Below are positions 26,670 to 39,800 of a stretch of DNA of 64,000 nt, in pieces. The notes under the pieces were generated by a model. The model was not told where the DNA came from, did no database searches, and worked only from the letters and a program-made list of their open reading frames with translations. The DNA lies in the NCBI GenBank assembly GCA_951406725.2, contig OX597828.1, positions 59,644,001 through 59,708,000 of the forward strand, given 5' to 3'. Numbering within the stretch: the first letter of the stretch is position 1; the number at the start of each line of letters is the position of its first letter. A program made the position numbers and the translations under genes. This DNA comes from Octopus vulgaris. Taxonomy: Eukaryota.

Positions 26670-27097
26670 ACCTCTGTCGAACCAATTCTACTATATGGCT
26701 CAGAAACCTGGACGTTATCAAAGAAGCTTGAGAGGCAGTTGGATGGAACTTACACTCGCCTCCTTATGAGAGCTCAAAATCTCTCGTGGAAGCGCCATCT
26801 AACCAAAATGCAAATATATGGGAAACTACCACCTGTGTCATCTCTTGTGAAAGGTAGGAGAGTCCAGTTTGCTGGACATTGTTGTAGAGCTGAAAACGAG
26901 GCAATATCTACTCTTCTCCTCTTGAAGCCATCTGCTCGCGATACCAGAGGGCGCACACTCGCCTACTCTGATGTAATCTCCAGGGATACAGGCATCCAGC
27001 AACAGGACCTCCGTAATGCTATGATGGACCGTGAAGTCTGGCGTAGCATAGTAAATTCCATTGTCTCGACCACGGTCGAACAATGATGATGATGATG
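26670..27097 (+). mobile_element. RTE-type LINE 3' fragment with (TGA)n tail
   Basis: VEPILLYGSETWTL...W.....YG...S.....RR..FAGHC.R...AM.DR.VWR; the stop runs into tgatgatgatg. Confidence 0.88.
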
Positions 27098-28129
27098 GGT
27101 GTGGTATTTGTCCTGTACTTCATAATGGTTAATTTCAGTTATGCTGTTTAGAGAAACATAGCAAGTTTCTACTAGGTGTCTAAAATGCGGGTACATTAAG
27201 CCTCTGTGCAGAAGGTCAAAGTCGATTAATAAGTGTTCTAATCTACAAAACGTTTTTCAGTAGATTTTTTTAACAAACACTGAGGCACGATTGTCAAGGG
27301 TGTATAGTGCGGAAGAGTGAGAATGGAACAGAGAGAGCTCCCCATCTATATATTTAAGAGAGTTCTACAAGATTCTAAACCATAAAGTAAAAGGCCATTG
27401 CATTTTTGTTATACTACTTATTTTCAAATTGTTTACGAAATGTGGTGTTAACAAATATGACGTTCTGGAAACACGAGAAATAAATTAAACAAAATTGACA
27501 AAATATTTTAACAGCATAAACATAACAAAAAAGGTTAATCAAATGTGAATTTTACCTTTTTTTATGTAAAATTACATGAGATAATTCGGTGATACCGAGA
27601 GGATATATGAATCCTATTTTTGGAATTGTGATATATGAAATATGAGCAGTGACTTTTTACAATCAGAAAATTGAAATTTCACAATTAGGAAATTCAAATT
27701 TAGTTATTAGAAAATTTAACATTGATACTGTGTAATCTTGTATTCTTATCATTTGAGCAATCCTAATCTGTTCTGGTTGTGTTTTAAAATCCTTATTTAT
27801 ATGTTTCAGAGGACAAGAATTCGCATAGAAGCCGAGTATGCATCATCAGTCAATAGAGAATATCGTCTAGAGAATATCGTCAAGAAGGGTAACATCAGCA
27901 CAATTATTGCTAAAACTGCAATGAATATTATCTTCTTCATTAATACTTCTAATCTTAGCGCTGCAGTAGTTTCAGATAATAATGAACCTTATATTTCTTT
28001 TACTCTTCTTCGTCCTCTTCCACTTCCTTATCATCAGCTTCATGACTGTCGTCGTCATATCTCAAACAGCAAAAATAAAATGTAAATGAAAGAAGTAAAG
28101 AGGCAATAATAAAAATTCGTTCTAACTTT

Positions 28130-28990
28130 GACAAAAAAATCAGTAATTTTTGTGGGAAAGGTCAAGTTCATTACATCCACTCCAGTACTTGGGCCGTACT
28201 TTACTTCATACACCCCTAAAGAATAAAAAGCAAAGTTGATGATTTGAAAGCTAGAAAAAATGGCACGAGGTATTTTGTCCGTCATGCTGACATTTCTGCC
28301 AGCTTATCACGTTACTATTGATTTAAAATTGTGGCACAATTCCCACAATTTCAAGATGCTGTGTTAGTCGATATTAAATCACAACTAGTACTTATTCTAT
28401 CGACTTTAAATGGATAAAATCGACCTCGGTGGAATTTGAACGTAAAAAGCTAAAACAAATACCATAATTAGATTTTCCGATGCGGTAACTACTATTCCAG
28501 TTCAATACCGTGCCAGTGCTAATGATAATAATTTTTCCTAATTTTCGCTCAAGGACAATAATTTCGAGTGGGATGGAGGGGGTGGATCAATCGAATACAT
28601 AGATACCAGAGTTTGACTGGTACTTTATTTTACTGATCAACAAAAGATGAAAGACAAAGTCAGTCTTGGTAGAGTTTGAATTCTGAACGTAATTTCGGAC
28701 GAAACGCGGATAAGAATTTTGTCATGCGTGTTAACGGTTCTACAAGTTATAGTCGACTTAATCGGTTTGTCTGTCCTTGTTTGTCCTCTCTGTGTTTAGC
28801 CCCTTGTGGGTAGTAAAGAAATAAGTATTTCGTTTGTTTTTACGTTCTGAGTTCAAATTCCGCTGAGGTCGACTTTGGCTTTCATCCTTTCGGGGTCGAT
28901 AAATTAAGTACCAGTTGCGTACTTGAGTCGATCTAATCGACTGGCTCCCTCCCCCCAAATTTCGGGCCTTGTGCCTAGAGTAGAAAAGAT
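28130..28990. mobile_element. Cluster of SINE copies of the family typified by 36626-36860 (several decayed minus-strand copies, one plus-strand copy at 28757-28990)
   Basis: Recurrent gttctgagttcaaattccg..gaggtcgactttg..ttcatcctttcggggtcgat and its reverse complement. Confidence 0.7.
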
Positions 28991-30059
28991 TTTACATTCA
29001 TTTCAAATTTCAACTTCAGACGAGGTAGTAAGTCTTTAAAGTTGAAATCTTACATTCTGTAGACAGCTTTGTGGGCAAATAGCTTGATTCACACATTGAA
29101 ATAACGTTTCTCATGATATCTGATTTCAGTATTGAAGAAACATAGGTGTACACAATCAATCGTGAATGCTCTCCATCAAAACACCTACTCTTAACTTTGA
29201 CACAACGACAATGATAGCATGAAATGAACCAATATATATAAACTAAAACCCATATTGGAACGAAAGTAATCTCCTCGAGATTTAATGGATGCAACTTTGA
29301 ATGTTTACGAATCTCGTCTGTTACCAATGTTACTAAAGAACAAATTAAATAAGACAGAGACAAAAATCATGGAAGTGTTACAAAATAAAATCTCTAGAGA
29401 ATATCGAATCGCGATTTCTCTGTTTATGATCTGTCGAAACTAAATCACTCTCTCTTATTTATTAAATAAAATTACCAGAAAAGCAACCAGGAATTCTTTA
29501 CGAAATTAAATTCTTAGAAAAATAACCAGCAACTTGCTTGCAATTTATTGCAAATGCACACACAAACACACAAGCACACCCACAAACACACGCACCCCCA
29601 CAAACACACACACACACACACTCACTCACTCACTCACAAACTCACTCACTCAATCACACATGTATTTTGGAATACTAAAATCAAAAGCAATGGAAATGCG
29701 GAGTTTATACACCAAGCATTGTCGATTCACACCATATTTATTCCAGCTTGTCTACTCTTTGATAATTATTTTACCGATCAGAAGAAAGGTGGTCTTCAGT
29801 GACTCTTGAATGTCTCTGCGCTTTCCGTCCTTTCTATAGACAGGAAGCCCTGAACTTTCAAGAAAGTATTCTAGTGAATTTTTTTCACAATACTAGGAGA
29901 CAGGTAAGAGGACTAAATTTTATGACATATGCCCTTTTGTTCTTATTTTTCATGATAAGCGTTGTTCTTTCATTCATTGACTAATCTCTCTTTTAAAAAT
30001 TGATCCAATATTTCTGCTAGCATATCGTGGTCACTCGTTTATCTTTTAAAGTAAAAAAC

Positions 30060-31655
30060 TTGTATCCTTACTTGTTTCAACAGAAGGGCTGAGGAAAATT
30101 TTCTCTGGTTGTGCCTCTGTACTCTTTCTCAATTTGCTTTATCGCGTATGGTTTCTTTCTGTTATCTATCTGTTTACTTCATACATCACTCCAGAATTTT
30201 ATTCTTCCTTCAGCATATATTTGGTTTTGTACTTAGTGTTGTACTAGTGAGTGTCTAAGAAACCATAAGAGAATTATGTTTGTTTTAAAACTTGAGATTA
30301 CATAGAAAGTATCTTGCGTAGGATATGAGCAGTGCCCATGAGCACTATCTTTTGAATTTCTGCCATTTTGAGGTTTCCTGGTATCTGAGTTAGGTAGAAA
30401 TCAGCCCTTTTGCTATAATTCCCAGGGCACCTATGACAACAGGTTTTATGTTAGTTAGTTAGTTAGTTAATTAGTTAATGTTTTGGCTCAAAATGCAAAA
30501 AGCAAGGCCATGTAGGGGGACATGGAGTTATGTACAGGGTGGTGTTCATGTAAAGAGTTCAGGCCACTTGTGGTCAAGTGAGACTTTGAACCGAGCGGTC
30601 GTCGGAATCTTCACCATCTCGTCTGGCAGCTTATTCCACGGATCCGCAACCCGGACGGAGAAAGCCCCTCTCCTTCGATTGAGACGAAATCGTCGCAGAT
30701 AGAGCTTTTCGGAATGACCCCGCAGCCGACGCTCTGGAGAAGGAGTGAAGAACAGCTCTTTCGAGAGGTTACACTTTCCGCTTATGATGTTGTGAGCAAG
30801 AATGAGATCACCACGGCGTCGTCGTTTTTCTAGAGAATAAAGGTCGAGCGTCTTCAGCCTTTCTTCATAAGACAAATTCTTGAGACCAAGAACCATGCGG
30901 GTAGCCAGCTTCTGGACTCTTTCGAGATGCTGAATGTCTTTGAGGAGATAAGGAGAAGAGGCTTGAATCCCGTACTCCAATATGGGTCTCACCAGCGTGA
31001 CATAGAGCGGTAGGAATATGGCTGCTGTGAGCATTCCGAATGACCATCGAATCAAGAACAGAACTCCGCGTGCTTTGTTGGCAGCATGGACGCACTGGAC
31101 CGAAGGCAAAAAGGAGGAATCCACCAAGATACCCAGGTCCTTTACCTGATCGGTCCTCTCTGGCAGCAGACGACCCGGCTCGAAATCAAGTTGAGTTGCT
31201 GGAGGAGACCCAATAGGCAGATGACAGCACTTTGACACGTTCAGACACAGGTCCCATTCGTTAGACCATCTCCAAATTTGGTGGAGGCATCGACGAAGAT
31301 TCTCTATATCACCGCGAGGAGCGACCAGTTTGACATCGGCAAATAGAAGGGTGTTGCGTGAGGTCGTCGGGCAAGTCATTTATGAAGTCATTTAAGTATT
31401 CAGGTTCCATATTTTGCTGATTTCTATTTCAAGATCTTTATATTTGCTCAGTGTTTGGTAGGTCTTGACAGATACGTTTATATCGATTGGGACAGTCATA
31501 TCAATGAGGAGGCATGATTTTTGTCAGAAGACTTTCAATATGATGTCTGGCCTATTCGCGTCTATTTTTCTGTCAGTTTGAATGGTGAAGTTCCAGAGGA
31601 GTGAGATGTGATCATTATCAAGCACTGGAGGTGGTTCGTGTTCCCGCCAGTTTTT
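30060..31655 (-). mobile_element. Dong/R4-like (restriction-like endonuclease) LINE 3' fragment split by a nested CR1/L2 insertion
   Basis: 31390-31655 encodes W.EH.P...LLWNFTIQTDR.I.ANRPDII...CLLIDMTVP...SKYKDLEIEI. 30310-30448 continues PVVIGALG...IQKIVLMGTAHILRK. The left boundary is approximate. Confidence 0.8.
30451..31385 (-). mobile_element. 5'-truncated CR1/L2-group LINE with (TAAC)n tail
   Basis: ORF 30546-31379: LLFADVKL, LN.SKC, VKDLGI.VD, YVTLVRPILEY, LERVQK.ATR, RR.RGDLI; tail ttagttagttag at 30451-30478. Confidence 0.9.
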
Positions 31656-31691
31656 ATCATTATTATTATTATTATTATTTTTATTCTTCTT

Positions 31692-31780
<89 letters not shown>

Positions 31781-31789
31781 CATTATTGA

Positions 31790-32344
31790 GTGAGAGAGCA
31801 ATGCATGCCATCAAAGTGATACTGGGGTAAAATATACGAAGCCCAGTATACCCATCAGGACTACCCGTCTGATAAGGGTACACCAGTCACATGCATCACA
31901 ACCATATGTGCGCAAGATGGTGATCTCATATCAAGATAAACAGCGCATGACCTTGCAGGTGGAGCCCAGTTAGAAGTTTCTTCTGGTGGAGTAACCCATC
32001 CTGCTCAAAAGGACCCTGAATAAAGGTTGTTTAAGGATGATGAACGAACCACCCCTGTTTCCAAAGGTGAATAATCCAAACCTCTAAGAATTCCTTTCAA
32101 CACATGGCTATGATGCTCCCTCACTACTTCTGCTTGTGATCAGAGATGCACATATCGTCAGCCACTAAGGGATATGCTCAACTGGTTACGGTCAAACAAC
32201 TGACAAGCAAATCTGTGGTATTGAGCAGAATATTTGCTGTAGCCCATCTTTTATACCAAGACAAAACAATGTACATGATGACACTTCCAATCAGTTGTGA
32301 TCAGCAGCCATGAGAGCCACTGCCTGGTACTGCATTAGGGCATT
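31790..32344. mobile_element. ~555-bp unclassified interspersed element between (TTA)n arrays
   Basis: A complex, GC-richer block sharply bounded by trinucleotide arrays with no credible ORF; possibly non-autonomous or the 5' part of a Dong-type element. Confidence 0.45.
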
Positions 32345-32514
32345 TATCATCATCATCATCATCATCATCATCCTCATCATCATCATTATTATTATCATTG
32401 TTATTATTATTATTGTTATTATTATTGTTATTATTATTATTATTATTGTTATTTTTATTTTTATTGTTATTGTTGTTGTTGTTGTTATTATTATTATCAT
32501 TATTATTATTATTC

Positions 32515-32864
32515 AGTAGTTTTATTTTTATTTTTATAGCGTGCTTTCACTTCACTACCGAGCGCAGCTCTGTGTGCCTTGGGTATGTGCTGTGATTTGT
32601 TGTGATGCTCTGATGGTTATTGTATGGAAAGTGTTCTGCGTAGGATGTGGGCAGTGCCTAGTAGTGCAATTTTCTGTATGTTATATGTGTTTGTAAGTCC
32701 TGGTGTTTTTGTTATGTATTTGTCTGAATATTTTTTTATCATGCCTAATGCACCTACTATGATAGGAATTGTTTCTGTTTTCAGATTCCACATTCTAGTT
32801 ACCTCTATTTCCAGGTCTTTGTATTTTGAGAGTTTCTCCATTTCTTTTAGAGACACGTTGTCTC

Positions 32865-32865
<1 letters not shown>
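32515..32865 (-). mobile_element. Dong/R4-like LINE extreme 3' fragment in (TAA)n
   Basis: DNVSLKEMEKLSKYKDLEIEVTRMWNLKTETIPIIVGALG...IQKIALLGTAHILRR; (TAA)n on both sides. Confidence 0.85.
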
Positions 32866-32936
<71 letters not shown>

Positions 32937-32939
32937 GCT

Positions 32940-33897
32940 AGTGCATTTTACTTTAGTCAGCATGTATTTCAATCCTGATGTTTGGCGAGAGCAGGTCTCC
33001 TCAAATCTCAAGTGTCTTTCTTAGGTTTCTCGCAAAATATAGGATGGATACTTTTCTGAAGGTCGACAACACGACTTTCAATTACAATTTCTTTCAATCC
33101 CTTAAGTAGCAGTTTGGGTATTGTGCCAAGTGCAACCAATTTACAACTAGAATAATTGTTGCCTTGGTCTTCTACAATCTTCTCAGCTTTCTGGCTAGGT
33201 CTTAGTATTTCTCAATTTTTTTCAATTTCTTTGCTTTCAACTCTGTTATCGGAAGGGAATTGGAAAATCGATTAACTTAGTTGTTTATTTTATTCTCTGT
33301 GATATTTGGCCTTTTTGCTTCAATAGTAAAATCAATCTTTATGGCGATGTCTCATAAGATCTTGTAATTCTCATTTTATATCACAACTTCTAGTTCGTGT
33401 TCATACCACTTTTCTGTTGTGAAGACGCACTCTCGGCTAACGACCCAATGAGCTCTTTTGCCCAGACAGTCATGTCTGCGCTTGTATTCCTTTCCTGCTA
33501 GCATACTGCGCTCCCTCAAAATGTGATTGATACTTTCGTCTCCTTTCCTGCATATTCAACCTTTGTTTTAAGGATTTTTACTTGACCAGCTATAATTTGC
33601 GCTTCTGTTTCTCGCTACAAGTTCCCGTCCCACAAGCAAAGCCAGTGACCTTCACTTCCAACATTTCCGGTTTCTTGCAAGAATTGGCCATATAGTTCCA
33701 TTTCTTGCCACTTGTTTATTGTGTTCTTCTTTTTCTCTCTGAATTGCTCTACTCTCTCTGCTACATATTCGGTAGCTGTGGCTGCTGCTGAGAATATTCT
33801 TTATTTATAATTTTTTCAGACCTAGTACTGCAGTCCGAACTGTGCCATTCGCGTTTAGTAATCCTGTACCACCTTCCTTTCCTAGCCTATAGAGTCA
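32940..33897 (-). mobile_element. Older Dong/R4-like LINE fragment (possibly continuing to ~34230)
   Basis: Decayed RLY..KEGG.GL (33850-33895), the CCHC region ICRKGDESINHI...EYKRRHD, W.EH.LE, and EIEKY*DL..KL.RL. Confidence 0.7.
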
Positions 33898-33899
33898 GT

Positions 33900-34105
<206 letters not shown>

Positions 34106-35656
34106 GCTTTCGATTGAGTGCTGCGTGTTTTCTCTCCCTCCATAAATCTTAAACGGATTGTTGTTTCTTTTCCGTCTGGTTTATCTTTTTCTAAAATTTA
34201 TGCAGCTCATTTAGTTGAAAAATTAACAACGTCCCTCTTGGACTGGTTGGTTCCTCAAGCATTTTGACAGGAATTTTTATTTCGAAGAACATTCTGAATG
34301 CATGAATCATTGCAGCGATATTATTTGGCAAGTGAGAGGTAAGAAACGAAGTTCCCATCAAAAGTCTCTGCTTCACAGAGAAAGATGATGTTCCCGTCCT
34401 CGCAGCGTCAGTTGAAGAAACAAGAATGTCAACAAGTAGATGAGCCAAAACAGAAAACGACATAATAACAGTGACATGACCAAGAGCAACAACGATACCG
34501 AAATACCCTCGCAAACAACAATAACAACCAGAAGTAACAGCAACATTAACTGCAGCAATATCATAGTGATACACAGCAACAGCGAAATCAACATTTCCAG
34601 TTCCACCGCCATTGTAACGGAGATATATGCCACAACTACAATTATCAACAGACGCAGCTGCAGCGTCTGAGTCTAGACTCTAGACCATTTGCCCGCGTCC
34701 AACATCACATGTTTTGGCATCATAGTTGACACCGCTGTCGCCACTAGCATGGTTGCTGCCACATCTTTTACAAAGATGGCGTAGACGATCGTAAAATATT
34801 CACTTCTCGACAAAGTGACGTTCAGATAGAAAGTAAATCTATGATTTGTGCGATTTGATCTACTCGTTGATTACTTTTGTTTAATTTATTGAATTTAACA
34901 TAGTTTTACGTTGTTTTTTTTTTCTCTTTAGCATTACAACTGTAACTATTATAGCAATGCTGATTATATATATTTTGAAAAATACAAAACAAACTGTGTT
35001 TGACATTTAACTTTAACAATTGCAGATTATGATTTGCTTATAAGTAAAGAAATCAACAAAACTCACAAGAGCAATAAAACAAGTTCAATGAAACAGAATA
35101 TAGTTACAATATCAATCAATCATCAAATTAAAAGTTTCTCATATACTCTTTCGAATTAAAACTATTATAACTTCATTTTGTATATGTAGCTTGTCAAAGC
35201 ATTTTTAAAAGATAAACTGTTATAAAGAGTTTATACAACTAGAAGAGTTTACCTGTTATGTACTACCAGAGATAGAGCAGAATAGAAAAACACACTCTAA
35301 ACCAAATTTGCCCAAATTTGTGTAGACAAAAGGTAATTCTGTTCTTATAATAATTTATAACTATTCAATAGAAAACTATAATTCTCATGATCCAGCGATC
35401 GACCAAGCATACTGAAGTGCCAGCAAGCTTACTGACCACTCCTGGACACTAAATGGTACATGCCTACGGTGCAGAATGGCCGTACTATATGAAGGTGATT
35501 TCGAATACATCGTAGTATGTAACCATATTAGGTCGACAGATTTAAACATTTATTGGACCTAACTTGTCTTAAACATCGATGTGTGTATGTGTACGTGCGC
35601 GTGTTTGCGTGTGTGTGTGTTTATTATCTTATGCGCAATCACATACAATACACTCA

Positions 35657-35762
<106 letters not shown>

Positions 35763-35809
35763 ACTATCTACCGTATATATGTGTGTATACGTATGTATGT
35801 ATACATATA

Positions 35810-36111
35810 CTAGCAGTATCGCCCGGCGTTGCTCGGGTTTGTAAGGGAAATAACTATATAAGCATTTTAGAGAGTTACTTCCCTTATATAAACCGAGCAA
35901 AAATCATTAAAAATGCGGGAAAATGGTGGTAATTTTTTTTTTTAATCGTAGACTCATCGTAGACGCGCGCTAATACCCAGAAGGGCTCGATATGAATCAT
36001 GACTATAAGATACCCGCTTTTCATTAAACTGCACCGCAAAATGTGGAAGTAGTTAGGAATCTAAATCGGAGTAGACAGACACACACACAACTTCATTTTT
36101 ATATATAAAGA
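35810..36111 (-). mobile_element. Non-autonomous Helitron-type element
   Basis: Minus strand A|TC...cccg(agcaacgc)cggg-cgatactg-CTAG|T: 5' TC, 3' hairpin plus CTAG, inserted between A and T. Copies at 52708-53103 and 60752-60900. Confidence 0.78.
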
Positions 36112-36625
36112 TATATATGTGTGTGTGTGTGAGTGTGTGTGTATGTGTGTGTGTTATGTGAAAGATATGTCAACAGAACATCCAATAGCCTGCAAATAAT
36201 TAAACAAAGTGTATTTCTTGCATAGATCGGTCTGTATGGTTACATGATTTCATGGAGATTATTTATGTTATACTCTTGCATCCTAAAGAGAAGTTGATGT
36301 GTTTCAGAGCCAAAGCGTTTAACGTAATATTTTACATGTGTAATTCTCTGCATCAACTTAATATCCGTTATCACTCAATTCCGACTATCTGATTACTAAT
36401 GAGCAATAATCTTAGTATCAACGTTTTTAACGCCTCATTCACCTGTATTATGTGCATCCAGCAGAAAATCAGAGGAAATATCCGGATTTGTATGCTAAAA
36501 CTACATTTATTCGATAATGATTGTTGAGTGTTGTTACCTAGCCTTTTCACGCTTCATTTAATCATTAATCATTTATCTGGTTTTTCTTTTTAGTGATAAA
36601 TGATTCATTAGGTGTGTGAGAAATT

Positions 36626-36860
36626 GAAGGCGGCGAGCTGGCAGAAACGTTAGCACGCCAGGCGAAACGCCTAGTGGTATTTCGTCTGCCGTTACGTTCT
36701 GAGTTCAAATTCCGCCGAGGTCGACTTTGCCTTTCATCCTTTCGGGTTCGATTAAATAAGTACCAGTTACGCACTGGGGTCGATGTAATCAAATTCATCC
36801 GTTTGTCTGTCCTTGTTTTTTCTCCCTGTGTTTAGCCCCTTGTGGGTAGTAAAGAAATTG
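36626..36860 (+). mobile_element. SINE, near-complete copy
   Basis: gaaggcggcgagctggcagaa head with a B-box-like gagttcaaattcc. Fragments also at 42830-42880 (-), 44435-44560 and 57450-57592. Confidence 0.8.
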
Positions 36861-39800
36861 GTGTGTGTGATATATTCTAGTGTGCTAGGGGCTAACGAAC
36901 GGGGATTTATTCGTACTGTTGGGTTTAACAAATAATAAGGATTCAAAACACAAAATCTAGCCGCTGTCTAGGTATAGTATTAGATGTGAATGACAGAGTA
37001 AAGCAGTAGTACGACAAATTTAGCACCATCTTCTATTTTGCCTAGTTTTGCTAATGAAATATTAGAAATAGTATTCTACACTCTTCTGAATACGTTGGAT
37101 TTTAGGACAAAAGTCAGTCTAAAGACGTTAAGAGAGATCTAACTGAGCTTAGAATTAAATGTTGACTTGAATTCACTTTTACATTTTAATGTGAACAGGA
37201 TTCGTTGTGTCTATGAATATTGATCGCCTCCTCATATTGGTATAATCGAATCACTTAATGTTTAGTATGGCGATATGTTCTGAATAAGAACGTAAAATAA
37301 CTTATAAATACTGCAGCAATTCTGAGCCTCAAAGACATCTGATTCACAAATGAAAATCAAGCTTCACTGCTGTAATATGTTCTGTCGTATGAATATAAGA
37401 AACTATCAAAGGCTATGAAGCGATGTATATCTGAAAATTAGGTATATTTTAGTTCTAACTTGCTCATGTATAAAGATGACTTGCTATCGTAGAATGTTTT
37501 CAAGTAGTTTTAATAATTACTGTTTTGGTCAGAGAAAAGAAAATATACCTTTGGCAATCACAGAGATATCAGAAACTATGAGACTGAAAGAGAAAAGAAA
37601 GGAACAGATATGGACAGGAAGGCAATTCAATTAGGTCGATGCTTTAGTAAGAAAGAACTAGGTATAGTAAATAGAGCGAGTTACTGGGGAAGAAACAAAA
37701 CAGTGGTGACAAGAAGAAAAGTGAAAATATGTTGGGGGTGTTTGAGTGAAAGTGAGACGACATTAGCCAGTTCCACGTAGAGGCCACAGTACTGGCAGAA
37801 TAAAAACAGAAAAACGAACAGAACACCTAGGGACTAAAGCATTTTCTTCTTTTGAAGAAAATGACCAGTGTCTGCGATGTAGTTTTTGGTACATTTAGGA
37901 TACGTATTCGTCAGGAGAGGTACTCAGCGATAGAAATACATGGAAAGTGTTCTCCATTGACGGCACAGAATAGAGATTTATATATTTACATTCCATTCCG
38001 TTCGAACACATTAAGAATAGAACTAATATTTTTGCTATGTTGGATGAGGCGATGTTGATTTCCATTCTAGCAACCAGTCAGGTATTGACTATTGCTTCTT
38101 CACATTTGTTTCATTGCTGATACACGCCATCTAGTCAGGTACTAGTCAGGTAATTTATCCTAGGAACAAGATACATTGTCAATCCAAGTGGTTTTCCAAA
38201 TGATTGCAATTATTGTATCGGAGAAATTCTTGATAACTATATCGGTCTCTGTCTGCAGTCCCATAATATATATATGTTACCGTTTTTCTTTCTAATGCTT
38301 TTCACTTTTTTTATCATGTCTCATGCTTGAATTCCTTATTCCGTTCCAAAATGCTTGAATATCTTCAGATGCTGCTGTGTCCTAAAACGTTGTTTTTATT
38401 TAATTACCGAATTATTTGCAATTTTATTTCAATGATTTGTTCTATGGTTTCTTATGTTTTTTTTTTTAATATTATGTTTAATCTTTTCTTCGAATTTCAG
38501 AAATTATTTATATTTTTTATTGATTCTATATATTTTCGTAGTTTGGATTCCTTTGTGTCTGTCATTTTCAATCTCCATTTTTCTGTTTGGTTTAAATACT
38601 GATGGGTCTTTCAATTTTAACATTTTATGTAGTATACTTTCTATTGTTGTAGTATAGAGATTACTTAAATGTGTAAGTATCTTACAAGAGGCCCGGCTCC
38701 TTCCATACCACTACAACTACAAAAGGCATTACAGCATATAAGAAAGAGGTGCGATGAAATATGAATTAAAATAACTAACGACAAGAAAAGTGCACGCTAG
38801 GAAAACAAATAAAAATTGACCAACAAAGACAGAAATGGTTTATTGCAAGTAACTTACGAAGATAAGCGGTTATATCATTGAAATACGAGTACATATTTCT
38901 AAAGCTGGAAAGATTCATTATGGATAGTAAAAGCAGATTTTTCGAATAAAAGAGCTTCGACATTAAAAAATGATGGCTGTATCATATTTGCTGAAAAGAG
39001 ATACTAATATCAATTCTTTCAGTTTAAATAAGATAATGTATGCAGCTGGAAAAGAATGCACGAAAGAGTGACAACTTCATATAAACCAAAGGAAATTACG
39101 TAGAAAACAAACAAAGAGATACAATAAATGTCTGCAAATATTAATAAAGTCAAAAATGAAAAGAGAGTGAAAAATAATGGGAGAAACCTAAATCCTTCAG
39201 AAATACAGTATAAAAAGAATTCTATCTTCTTTAAATGAAACAAATAGAAACACTATAAACGATAACGTTTGAAATTATCACAAAAAATGCCAAGCACAAA
39301 GCAATGCTGGCGAATAGGAAGAGAGATGGAATATTGAGAGTGAGGTGTGTGAATAACAGATGGATTACTATGGATGGGAACGTTCAAATCTAAATACAGA
39401 TCAGAAACAGGCATAATAATGAGAAGAAATAACTACGCGTGAAGTACTTCAAACATTGCAGAACATGGAAAATTGAAAAATGCAACACCTGGAAAGGAAA
39501 CAACTGGAAAGCTGTGACTAAAAATGATTAATAGATGTGCGTAAAATGCTTGGGAAATATTCAATTATCTTCTGAAATGATCACAAATAGCATCTCCTTG
39601 TTTCGTTTAAGGAAATCCCATTCTAATGCAGGGTTACAAAGCGGCAAACTGCAAAAGCACAGATGCATCAGTTGAATACCTGAAGTAACAAAGCCTTCCG
39701 CATAATCACATAATTGTATCTCAACAGTTATACACATAACGGCGAAGGGAGGCATATTTGCCGAAAAACTGATTCGCAAATGTTCATATAGGCGCAGAAA

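Noticed and set aside
34191-34670. Possible host exon (ORFs on both strands, gtaaga donor-like site at 34339)
   Set aside because: No recognisable domain, degenerate (AAC)n-like composition, and adjacent to a Dong remnant.
38124-38140. CTCF/YY1-like words (also at 43745 and 34774)
   Set aside because: Short motifs are expected by chance in 64 kb and there is no supporting context.
38680-39560. Faint resemblance to a very old Dong-type ORF on the plus strand
   Set aside because: Only a hint of a WK.PG-like motif among many stops; not supportable by eye.
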